The notes under the pieces were generated by a model. The model was not told the origin of the DNA. It made no database searches and worked only from the letters and a program-made list of their open reading frames with translations. Below are positions 1-13,679 of a stretch of 64,000 nucleotides of DNA, piece after piece; position 1 is the first letter of the stretch, and every line of letters starts with the position of its first letter. The translations under genes and the position numbers were made by a program. The DNA is from the human T2T-CHM13v2.0 reference genome, Homo sapiens, in NCBI RefSeq assembly GCF_009914755.1, contig NC_060934.1. One strand, given 5' to 3'.

Positions 1-639
1 AGCTTTTGTTAGAAGGCTAAAATTGAAAGAAATCCCAGGCAGCTCCAGGAGATTTTGATCATGGAATGGCCTAAAATCTCTTTAAAGACCTAAAAGTTCA
101 GTGGTCTATGAAGGGAAAGACATTAAAACAAAAATGCAGATACTCTGCTGGAGGATTATTTGCCTGCTAACGACCAAAGTCTAAAACAGCTTTCATTTAT
201 CCCCACATTTCTGCAGAATATTTAAACTTCCTCTAAGGCTAAAATAAATACATAAATAAACAACCCCCATTACACATTACTTCTACAAACAAATTGTGGT
301 TTCGGGCAATGTTAATCAACAAAAAGAATTAAACAAGAAGTCTTTAAAATTAGCCATGACCTTATTTATGGCTTCATTACTTTCAAGATTTCATTTGTTG
401 GGTGTTTTATGTCACCTCAGCCTTTAATTTCATTGCTGCATCTCTAACTATATTAGAATAGCTTAATGGATGGTGATTGCTTGTTTTTAACTCACCAAAA
501 TTTAACATTTGCAAAATGTATAACACCAAAGAGCCACGTAATTCACCCATGTATTAGATGCAATTGGATTTATCCTTTTAAACTGATCCTATAGTATGAT
601 GTGAACCAATATGACACAGTCTGATATAATTAGCCTGAG

Positions 640-1300
640 ATTGGATGTCTTACAGGCCCGTAAACACCATACTGAGGGCTTAGACTGCATCTTGGAGACA
701 ATAAGCCACAGAATTATTTTAAGCAAGGGAATGACATGGTCATATTTTGTTTCAGGTACAAAACTCCAGGTACTGGGTGAAATACGGACTTGTGGAGAAC
801 AAGACTGGAGATGGGAGAGGGGTCAGGAGACGACCATCAGTATCCATGGGCCGCACGACAGAAGGAGAGAAGGATGTGGAATTACTTGTAATGGCAAATT
901 GGTAGGGCTTTGTCTCTGACTGTTATCGGGGGGAGCAGGCTACAAAAGAAAGGCTCTGGCTTGAGATGTGTGGGTTGTGATTGCGTTTGCTGAGATTAGG
1001 CTGTTGAAACTAGAGGAGGTTTAGAATGAAGAATGATGAATTCTGTTTTAGATCAGTTGGGATCAGGTGACTGATAGGCACAGGAAATGTGCATTCCCAG
1101 CTGGTGGTGCTGGAGAAATCTGGGGCTTATAAAGAGAGAACTGGGCTAGTGAGATCAGGCATCATCATGCCTAATGGTAGTGAAAACCTTAACCAAGAAA
1201 AACACATAGGAAATAGCAGTGGTCCAGAGCTATTTCCCTAGGAAATCCAAAACCTAAGAGGAAAAAGTAGAATAGAACCTCTAAAGAGACATCTAAAGAA
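640..1300 (-). mobile_element. Degraded L2 LINE fragment
   Basis: Purine-rich sequence resembling antisense L2 (e.g. aagcaagggaatgacatggtcatattttg); recognised by eye. Confidence 0.45.
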
Positions 1301-1310
1301 TAGTTCAAAA

Positions 1311-1617
<307 letters not shown>

Positions 1618-1749
1618 TCAAAGGAAGGAGAAAACAGTGCCACAAAAACAAAGAGAACAGAGTTTCAGGAATGCCACAGAGTAATCTAGAATGCAAAGGA
1701 CTCAACTTTCATTGAATCATGCTTCTAGGAGGCAATTAGGAAACAAATA

Positions 1750-2198
1750 CACGATGGGTACTGCAACAAATCACCACAACTGTATTGCCTTGAGACAACA
1801 CACATTTATTATATTATAGTTCTGGGGGTCAGAAGTCTGAAATGGGTTTCACTGGGTGAAAATCAAGGTGTTGGCAGAGCCAAGTTCCTTCCGGAGGCTC
1901 GAGGGGAGAATCTGCTTCCTCGCTTTTTTTCCAGCTACTGGAAGCCACCTGCATCCCTTGGCTCATGGTCCCTTCCTCTGACTTCAGTCAATAGGGCAGC
2001 AGCTTCAGTTCCTTCCTGACTCTGCCCCTTCTGATTCCCTCTTTCACTGATAAAGCCTTGTGATTACACTGGGCCCAAAAGGATAATCCAGGAAAACCTC
2101 CCCATTTGAAGGTCCTTTTCACCTGGTGAGATAACATTCACAAGTTCCAGAAATTAGGGCGTGGGCATCTTTGGGGAAGCATTATCATGCCCATCATA
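1750..2198 (-). mobile_element. MLT1-family (ERVL-MaLR) solo LTR
   Basis: Typical antisense MLT1 blocks: atagttctgggggtcagaagtctgaaat, aatcaaggtgttggcag, gaggctcgaggggagaatc, ggataatccagg, cacaagttccagaaattagg. Confidence 0.75.
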
Positions 2199-2340
2199 CA
2201 ACGAGAGGAATGAACCAGAGATGTGGGAGAGAAGATATGGCAATCTACATCAAATGTATTAATAATCCTTCAAGAAGTCTGAATTAGAAGTGAAGTAGAA
2301 AAATAGGGAAGCAAATAGCTAGATGGTAAAAAGGGAATTT

Positions 2341-2805
2341 TTCTTTTTTTCTTTTTGAGAGACAGAATCTCATTTATCGCCCAGGTTGGAGCGCAGGGTC
2401 TCATTCTGTTGCCTAGGCTGGAGAACATTGGTACAACAACCATAGCTCACTGAAGCTTCGAACTCCTGGACTCAATGATCCTCCTGCCTCAGCCTCCCAA
2501 GTAGCTGTGACTACAGGTAGGTGCCACTATGCCCAGGTAATTTTATTTTTTGTAGAGACGGGGTCTCACTGTGTTGCCCAGGCTGATTTCGAACTCCTGG
2601 GCTCAAGCAATCCTCCTATGTCAGCCTTCCAAGTAGCTGAGACTACAGGTGGGTACCACCATGCCCAGTTAATTTTTAAATTTTTTGTAAAGATGGGTTT
2701 TCGCCATGTTGCCCAAAGTGGCCTCAAACTCCTGGGCTCAAGCAATCCTCCAGACTCACCCTCCCAAAGTGTTGGGATTACAGGCGTGAGCTGCCACACC
2801 TGGCC
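2341..2805 (-). mobile_element. Composite old Alu (about three monomers, AluJ-like)
   Basis: Poly-T start, repeated gaactcctgg..tcaagcaatcctcc blocks, ending ggattacaggcgtgagctgccacacctggcc. Confidence 0.85.
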
Positions 2806-3921
2806 AATTTTTTTCTTTTTAAACAGTATGGTAGACATTAACATGTTTACATGGAAGTTCCAGTAGAAAGGCAGAGGCTGAAGACAGGGGCTCAGAGGAG
2901 ACACTGACGGAGCAGGTGCCTTGAAGTGGTGGGGCTGGGATCTGGAAGACTGTTTAGAGAGCTGGCCTGGAAGGAGGAAAGGTGATCTTCAGCTATTAAG
3001 GAGAGGCAAGTGGCCCAGGCACAGATGTGGATGGGCTAGAGGTCTGGAGCTGAGTTGTGCTGAAGGGACCAACAAAGTTTGGAAGAGTTGCTAACATGAA
3101 TGGAGAAGGAGCTAGCCAAGGCCAGAGATATTAGTAGACAGCCAAGGACACTGAGATCAGGCCCAGGTTGGATGGAGCACATTAATTAGCAAAGGCACCA
3201 ACTTGCAGAACTCACATTACAATGAGATTGACTACCTTCGAGAATTACTTTCTCACATTTCAAGAAAAGCAGAGGTAAGTAATACTAAGCAAACATAAAT
3301 AAAGTGGTATTTGACTTTTTCAGTAGCAAATACAACTTTGTTATATGACCCAACATTTCTAAAAGAGCACATGTTTAATAAGTGCCTATATCTAAGAAAA
3401 TTAGTTTTGTTCTGTGTTTGCCAGGCTTCCCTTTGACGCAACCGGATTCTGATTTTAACGGGAGGGGAAACAAGTTCACAAAGGTCTTTTCTTTTAAAAT
3501 CGACATTTTTCTCTTTAGTGGTAAAATGCATGCAAAAAGCATGTGATTATGGTATTTATGTTTCCATTAAGGTGTCCTCAGCAAGCAGGGGGAGTCTAGC
3601 CTACTATTTTCTTGCTATTTAGATTTATAGTGACACAGTTCGTATTTTATTCCCATTATATTTGAGGACAATGCACTCCTGGTGGCAAATGATTGCATAG
3701 TGACAGTCAGCAAATGTCCATTAAAGCTGTCTTTCTGTAGAATATTTAACTACAGATTCTGGTCTCTGGATATAAAAATACAAATTGCATGGTGTCTTCA
3801 AGCAAATAAAAAAAACATTATTGACCAGGATTTTATGATTTCTTTGTTAAGAATTTAAAGTGTACTAAACTTTCCAAATTAGAATTGTGTAACCTATAGG
3901 AAAAGAAACTTTCTGGTGTCA

Positions 3922-4369
<448 letters not shown>

Positions 4370-4564
4370 TTAGGAATATGACACCTGCAAGATGACCTTT
4401 TAAACAAAATGATTATTTGATCATAGATGAACAATGGACATTATAAATGCCAGGATAAAGCTGTGTCTGACAGAAATGATAAATTATTTCACAGCTTCAC
4501 TGTTAACAGTAACAAACTAACTCATACTGGAGTTCCAAACTGTTTTTTTATTAGCCCAAGAGTA

Positions 4565-5051
<487 letters not shown>

Positions 5052-5679
5052 TTTACAGTTCTTAAGATCATGATTCAGGCTTGCCTGTCCCTCTAAGATA
5101 TAACTTGATGTAAACAGAAATGCCAACATTTTAGACAAGGTTTGAGACGTTCAAGCTGCCCTATTTCCATGGAGTATTGCAAACTCAGACTCAGTAAGAA
5201 TTTTATGAAAGCAAACCATGAGGAACTTCAAAGAATTTCATGCAAGTACAAAATGAAAACCTTCAAATTACCAAACCAAAGGCTGAAATTGATTGAGAGG
5301 TCAGGTCCTTATACCATGACCCACCTGTCACTCTCAAATAAGACATTTCATGCTACCCAGCATTTACTCTATTCTAAATATTTATATTATAGAAGCCATC
5401 TGGAATGCCTTATCCTGAATTCAGTAACTCCTAATTTAAAGGGAAACAGTTCATGATGTGATGTAATTTATGGAGAATACTTAGGAGACCAAGCTATTTA
5501 ATGAAGGAAGTGGCATCAGCAGAATTGCATTCCCACACTCCTATATCTATGTTAAGTATAAAGAATCAAACCTGTCTTGATTGATTTCAATTTCATTCCT
5601 TGCTTGTTTCTGCACCTAGGTGGCGATGCTGAAAGCATATGTGTTTTCCTGAGAGTAAAAGCCCATTTCCTAAGTAACA

Positions 5680-6210
5680 GTTGCAACAGCAAACAAATAG
5701 TGCTTACTACAGACCATGCTCAGTGTGAAGTGCTTTCTATGTCATTAACACAGTTAATCCTTCCCAAACCTAATGAGGCAAGTACCATTATTATCCCCAT
5801 ATTATAGATGAGGAAAGTGAAGCAGAGACTTTACACAGCTGATGGCAGAAGAGCCCAGGAAGAAGAGCACGGTGGCTCACGCCTGTAATCCCAGCACTAT
5901 GGGAGGCTGAGGCAGGTGGATCACTTGAGCCCAGGAGTTTGAGACCAGCCTGGGCAACATAGTGAGACCCCATCTGTACAAAAAATAAAAAAAAAATAGT
6001 TGGGCATCATGTCATATGCCTGTAGTCCTAGCTACTCAGGAAGCTGATGTGGGAGGATTGCTTAAGCCCAGGAGGTTGAGGCTGCAGTGAGTCCAAATCA
6101 TACACCAGCCTAGGTGACAGAGTGAGACCCTGTTTCAAAGAAAAAAAAGAAGAGCCCAGGATCAAACTCAAGTATTCTGGCTCCATAGTTCATTCTCTTG
6201 TACGTTACAC
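5680..6210 (-). mobile_element. MIR SINE interrupted by an Alu
   Basis: MIR core ccattattatccccatattatagatgaggaaag, resuming after the Alu as agagcccaggatcaaactcaagtattctggctcca. Confidence 0.75.
5861..6147 (+). mobile_element. Alu (AluJ-like) with a 14-bp TSD
   Basis: TSD agaagagcccagga at 5847-5860 and 6148-6161. Confidence 0.93.
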
Positions 6211-6519
6211 TCAACTGCTTCTTACTTTATAGCAGGATTGTTGGTGGAAATAGGAGTTATCAGAGGATAGCAGTGTCTTAAAGAATTAAGAAGACTAGCT
6301 GCTGGCAGACATTTGATTGGTAACATTTCTTTAATTAGATGCATAACAAAATGAAAGGCAGAAGAGCTAATTGAGCAACACTGGAGAATACTGCTCATTA
6401 CTTAATTTCACAAAATATTGTGGAAATTATTTGACCAGGGGATAGTTCTCTAAAATATACACAATCTTGATCAAAAGACAATGATTCCCTTTGGGCTCTT
6501 CTGTGCACAATTCATTATA

Positions 6520-6885
6520 CAGATGGTCCCGGACTTGCTATGATTCAACTTAAGATTTTTAACTTTAGATAGTGCAAAGGTGCTAACTATTCAGTAGAAA
6601 CCATACTTTGAGTACCCACACAACCAATCTATTTTTCATTTTTAGTACAGTACTCAATAAATTGTACAAGATATCCAACACTTCATTATAAAATAGGTTT
6701 CATGTTAGAACAGATGATTTTGCCCAACTGTAGGCTAATGTAAGTGTTCTGAGCATGTTTAAGGTAGGCTAGCTAACCCACGATGTTTGGTAGGTGAGGC
6801 GTATTCAATGCATTTCCAATATGTTATTTTCAACTTACAATGAGCTTATCAGGACCGAACACCATTGAAAGTTGAGAAGCATCTG
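6520..6885 (-). mobile_element. MER47A-like TcMar-Tigger non-autonomous DNA transposon, complete (366 bp)
   Basis: Terminal inverted repeats cagatggtcccggactt... and ...aagttgagaagcatctg, with TA target duplications at 6518-6519 and 6886-6887. Confidence 0.8.
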
Positions 6886-7216
6886 TATTCAGAACGGTTT
6901 TTGGCTTCATGAAATAGAAACCTGATTGCAGGTAACTTAAACACGTAACAAATTCACTTTTCACAGGTGATAAGAACTAGAAGAGCTGCTCACAGGACCA
7001 GACTGCTATCCTCTTCCTTCATGTAGCCTACAACTTTAGAATCAGGGAAAATGGTAAAGGACAAAATGAGTCAGCCCCATTTCACTCAGGAAAAGACTAG
7101 CTTTATAGGAAGTCCCCACTCTAGGTACACTCCTCACTTAGGAGTCAGAACTACGTCACATGGTCACCTCTTAATGCAAGGGAGCCTGGGAAACTTTTAG
7201 CTAGGCACTCTGCTAG

Positions 7217-7588
<372 letters not shown>

Positions 7589-10234
7589 TAGGATCTGCTT
7601 CTCTTTAGCATCAATCCAAGGTGAAAAATCAAAATGTTACCCACGACACTAATAAACAGTAGTAACAGTGACACTGTGACTATAGCCTACAGTTCATGTT
7701 ATAATAAAATCAAACAGACATGGGACTATTTCTAGACATGGCATGATGCTATCTTATAAAAAGCATTTTATAAGTAATACGTGGAAATTGAGAAAATGTC
7801 CCATTTTGATGCCAAATTCACCACATTTAATAAATCATCCCTGGCTGTTTCCATGTGGGGCTACCAGATCCATATTTCTGACTATAAGATCAATTAAAAT
7901 GATTAAGCAGTGAAATGTAGAACACTGCTTCCTTACTGAACAATGAAAATCCCAGAACAGATGCAGGCTACACATCAGACTGTCAACTGCCTGCATTCCC
8001 ATGAAATCCAAAAATTTGAATAGTAAAGGTCACTGGACACCAATTGCAAATTTTGGTGGAATTTAGTCAGTTGACAGGAGTTTCTCTATTGTGTCTATTC
8101 TTCATACAGGAAATAATCTCTGCGGAGTTCCAAGTTGCATGTTTCCACTTGAATAATTACTTTTCAAAAACGTTAGTATAAGCATATTCTAGATCTTCTT
8201 ACAGGCGTGTCATTTCACTGTCTGAATTTGGGTTTACACACATGAAGGCACGATGGAATGCTATTTTCACTGTCTCCGGTTAATGACAACAGAAGCGGGC
8301 TGAACTTCGTGCACACATGATGCCCCTGTGGGAGCTGCAGGCCAAAGGCTGCTGAACAGGAACATACAAAAGAACTGCAGAAATTCAACAGAGAAAAGGG
8401 ATGGGCAAGACTGTGGGGGTCGGCAAACAAACCCAAATGAACCTGCCATGGAGCAGCCACCACCATATTCATGATTTGTGCAAGAGTTTAGATTTAAGAA
8501 ACATTATTGGCCACATTAAGTTAATGTTGTTCATTTGAAGGTAATGGCTTTGCCATTTTTGTATTTAATTTGTAAAGATGTTTGGCTTTATGGTTGTATA
8601 ATGGTTGTCAACAGAAGGAGTTTAGTCCTATTTTATTTTTACACATATTTAAGTAACATTATAATCAAAACAATTTAGTTCAATACTGCAGTACCAAGAG
8701 ATTGTCTTTCTATAAAAAAAAAAAAATTCCTATACTCCTCAAGTCTGAGAAACACTTTTCTATGTAGCTTTCTCTTTGACAGGAACAGACAATGGAGGTG
8801 ATACCATGACATCACAGCCAAATTCACATCCTGTTAAAGGCAGATGAAGAAGTGCTTTACAGGTATGATAATTCCCAACTTTTTGGATTAGTAACATCAA
8901 TCTTTGTTTAATGGACATCTTATTCTCTGCAAAAATAATAATTACAAAAAACTAAAGTTTCCATAGTCCTTTTTCTTAAAAATATAAATTATGTCTCTCC
9001 TGAGTTGGAAGCATCTCACAAATTATCTAGTCTAATCACCCTTCTGGGGCACAAATGCATAAAAGTATCGTAAGTCTGACAGCTGCTGAGGCTGTGCTTG
9101 AGTTAGGATGAGAGGGGCTTTTGAATACAGCAATGTCTAAGATGTGATTCTGAGTTACTTACTGCTTGGTGTAACTCATCCTCATGACTAAAGTCTCCTC
9201 CAGAATGTTTCTCTGAGTGCATTTTGGCAGAAATTAGGAGGCTGAGTTTCAGTTTGGGGTTAGCACAGTGCAGGGTACAGACTCCAAGTGGGGATGCTGG
9301 AGTCCAGAAACAGAGGCTGTTCTGAGCATGTAAGTGCTACTGAAAATTTGCAGACATTTACATGCAAGATTTAGACTCTTGTAGGGCACTATGATTTAAA
9401 CTGGGGTTTAAAGCAACCACTTCTGGGCCTCAGGAGCTGGGAAGACAGAACCCATCTGACTCCTGGCTTTGATGTCATGTGGGACTTCTGAGCTGTGTGA
9501 AAAACTGCTACGTGGTAGTCTACTATTTTTCAGGTTTTCAAAGTGGATGTGGAAGGTGCTGAAAATGATGAGTGCTTTTATCAACGATCAATAATATGTC
9601 AACTAATTTTTTTTTTTTACTTCCTCCAAAAGTTACTAACTGACAACGCCAGCATTCTGGTGTCCTTTCTCCCAGGAAAACAATTCCAATGGGACATTCA
9701 TGGCCTTCAAATGCTGTTTGACCTTCTATAAGCAGCATTCACAAGTATGGCAGAAACCAAGTAAGAGCTTTTAAAGAAAATGTCATTGTCACTGATAATA
9801 ATTGTATTCTTTGGATCCTGACATATCTGTGGTTAGATAATAAGCAAGTGAACCTTCTAGGTGATCACAGCAAAGGGGTCTAAATAAACCATATGCCTCC
9901 TATGTTAATTTACATTATTCAGTCATTATAGTCAATATCAAACAGACCTACAGATTTTCATAAGACCATAAGGAAAACCTAAAACCCAACAAAAGCAAAA
10001 CAAAGCAACAAACCAAATACTCTGGCTATAGCATTTCACCTTAAGATCTGGCTTCACATTTGCTATTTTTAAAAATACTTCTTCCTGGGTTTGCCTAAGA
10101 GTTACCTGTTGCATCTGCAAACCTCTATTAAAAACAACTGGAAGTAGGTAAAATAGAAACTGGGTGCAAAACGTAGCAACCAATAACACATGGATGCTAT
10201 GGATGAAGTATTTCCCGTACATCTCTAGCCTTGT

Positions 10235-10423
10235 GAGGGTTCTTAACAGTGCCATCCCCAGGACCAATGGTACCAGCATCAAACCTGGACATGGGTAAGA
10301 AATGCAAATTATTGGGCTCAACCTCAGACCTACTGAATCAAAATTTGGGGAGAGTCCATCAATGTGTGTTTTAAGAAGCCCTCCAGGAGATTCTGACACA
10401 CACTAAAGCTTGAGAGCCCCTGG
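10235..10423. mobile_element. MER5A hAT-Charlie element
   Basis: aagaaatgcaaattattgggctcaacctcagacctactgaatcaaaa ... ttttaagaagccctccaggagattctga ... aaagcttgagagcccctg. Confidence 0.8.
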
Positions 10424-10688
10424 TTTTAATGAAACCTGCTATTCATAATGTTCAAGGCCCAGTTCCTAAATAGAGCAACACTTATAAGAAACCACTATAA
10501 GAGATGATGGGCTGAGTGTATCATTTATGACAATAACATGCGTATGTCTGATATAAAAAGAAATGATTATTTGTGAACTAAACTCCTCATGGTGCTTGAA
10601 CATACAAATGAAAGAGCGGGAAAAGATCGTTTAAAATTGTTTCAGTTAAAATTTTAAGTAAATATATAGCCATTAAAACACAAATGAC

Positions 10689-11436
10689 ATGCAAATCAAA
10701 ACCATAATGAGATACCATCTCACACCAGTTAGAATGGTGATCATTAAAAAGTCAGGAAACAACAGGTGCTGGAGAGGATGTGGAGAAATAGGAACACTTT
10801 TACACTGTTGGTGGGACTGTAAACTAGTTCAACCATTGTGGAAGTCAGTGTGGCGATTCCTCAAGGATCTAGAACTAGAAATACCATTTGACCCAGCCAT
10901 CCCATTACTGGGTATATACCCAAAGGACTATAAATCATGCTGCTATAAAGACACATGCACACGTATGTTTATTGCGGCACTATTCACAATAGCAAAGACT
11001 TGGAACCAACCCAAATGTCCATCAATGATAGACTGGATTAAGAAAATGTGGCACATACATACCATGGAATACTATGCAGCCATAAAAAAGGATGAGTTCA
11101 TGTCCTTTGTAGGGACATGGATGAAGCTGGAAACCATCATTCTCAGCAAACTATTGCAAGGACAGAAAACCAAACACCACATGTTCTCACTCATAGGTGG
11201 GAATTGAACAATGAGAACACTTGGACACAGGAAGGGGAACATCACACACCGGGGCCTGTCATGGGATGGGGGGAGGGGTGAGGGAAAGCATTAGGAGATA
11301 TACCTAATGTAAATGACGAGTTAATGGGTGCAGCACGCCAACATGGCACATGTATACATATGTACCAAACCTGCACGTTGTGCACATGTACCCTAGAACT
11401 TAAAGTATAATAAAAAATAAATAAATAAAATAAGAT
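10689..11436 (+). mobile_element. 5'-truncated primate L1 (L1PA): ORF2 C-terminal 172 codons, 3'UTR and A-rich tail
   Basis: ORF 10689-11207 is the L1 ORF2p C-terminus, with the CCHC motif [18 protein letters not shown] and the end FSLIGGN*. G-rich 3'UTR; TSD aaaacacaaat(g/a)ac at 10675-10688 and 11437-11450. Confidence 0.96.
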
Positions 11437-11451
11437 AAAACACAAATAACA

Positions 11452-11580
11452 GATAAATAAATACTGAAGCTGAGGGATACCCCAAATATCCTGACATGAT
11501 CATTACACATTCTATGCATGTAAAAATTACTCACATGTATCCTATAAACATGTAAAATAGCATGTATCAATTAAAAAATA
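11452..11580 (+). mobile_element. Old L1 (L1MA-like) 3' end fragment
   Basis: gatcattacacattctatgcatgtaaaaattactcacatgtatcctataaacatg ... tatcaattaaaaa. Confidence 0.6.
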
Positions 11581-12139
11581 CAGTTAACATTGCACTCCTG
11601 TGTGCTACACTGATATACATAATTTAGACCTGTGGTCTGTGGCTGTTAATAAGCAATCTGTTATACTATATTATTCTTCTCATTTACCGATTCTTTCATA
11701 ATATAAAGTTATGCTGCCTAAAAAAAAAGTGATCCATCTAAATCATAAGTGGAACAAATCATGTCATTCCCCATCTATTTAATTGCCACACCTAGAGGCT
11801 CTCCTAGCAATAAAAGGACATATCACTTAAGTAGAAGAGTCATAATTTTAAGTTTGCTTTTTATTTGAGTTATAAAGTAGAGGTTGGTTCTCAGGTATAA
11901 AACCATCTTCAGAACAAAATGAAATATGTTGGAATCATTAGAAAAGCCATCAAAACCTCTGCTGATCCTTCCATTAGGTTTCAATTTGTGTAAACTCAAT
12001 ACTTTTAGACACAACAGCTTTTTAAAGGCCATTAATAAAAGGCAATTCTGGTTTGAGGATTGATGAATGGTCTACTCCCCTGTCAGAAGCTGTATAAAAG
12101 CTGATTTGGAAGCAATACCACGATTGCCCCTGGCGCCTA

Positions 12140-12391
<252 letters not shown>

Positions 12392-12578
12392 TCAGAACAA
12401 AGTTGAAATAAGAGAAACCTTTCCTTTTTTAGGAACTGCATATAGAAACATTCATCAAAATATGTTGTAAAATATATTTGATTTCTTGCAGCTATAGAAG
12501 ATCAGTGGTATAAATGACAGGTCATACACATTCTAGATTGTTAAGTAATGCTATGGATGCTCAAAAAGAATAATTTGA

Positions 12579-12926
<348 letters not shown>

Positions 12927-13679
12927 TAATTTAAATCTTAAGTTTAAACTTTCACTTATTAACTAGCTTTAAAAACTCGCAAGGAACAGATCATTTCTGG
13001 CATCTACTTGGATATTACTCATGAATTTGTTTAAGGCAAGAAATAATTTTTTTAACGTTACATACACTTTATATATGAAAATATTTATATGTAATATATA
13101 CCTATCTTACTCATTATTAATACACCATAAACATTCAACCTACTATGAAGCTTAAACACGAATCCACACCATAACTCTTCATTAGTGACAAAAGAGGATC
13201 TCAGCTTAATGACATCGACTCTGTCATTTCATGGGATGCATACAGAAATGGAGAATCCTTAAATTAAGGACTAGAAGGCATGTATCCAATCAAATTGTGA
13301 AGTAAAACTTGCCTACATTACAACTAAGAAACAAACCTTAAATGCTCACCTTTACTGAAGTTACGTTTAGTTTACTATGATTTTATTAAACTATTTGGTA
13401 CAATGTCCTCTTCAACTTATAATATATTGATATAATTTATGTCCTAAGTCAATCTTAGTTACCTGGAAAAAATTTTAAAACCCTCAATAAAATTTTAATG
13501 GAAAAAATATCTCCTTTATATACTTACAAATTTAAGTACACACTTAAATGCAGTAAAATCTTACTTCTATAAAGCAACACTTTAGACTGAATTTAATCTT
13601 TTATTGCAGTTATTCTTTTCATGTTTGAAGTAGACCTCTGCTAGCAAAAACAATACATAAACATATATTCAAAAGAATT

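Noticed and set aside
8420-8760. Possible hAT-Charlie fossil ending aagtctgagaaacact
   Set aside because: Only one terminus is recognisable, so family and boundaries cannot be supported.
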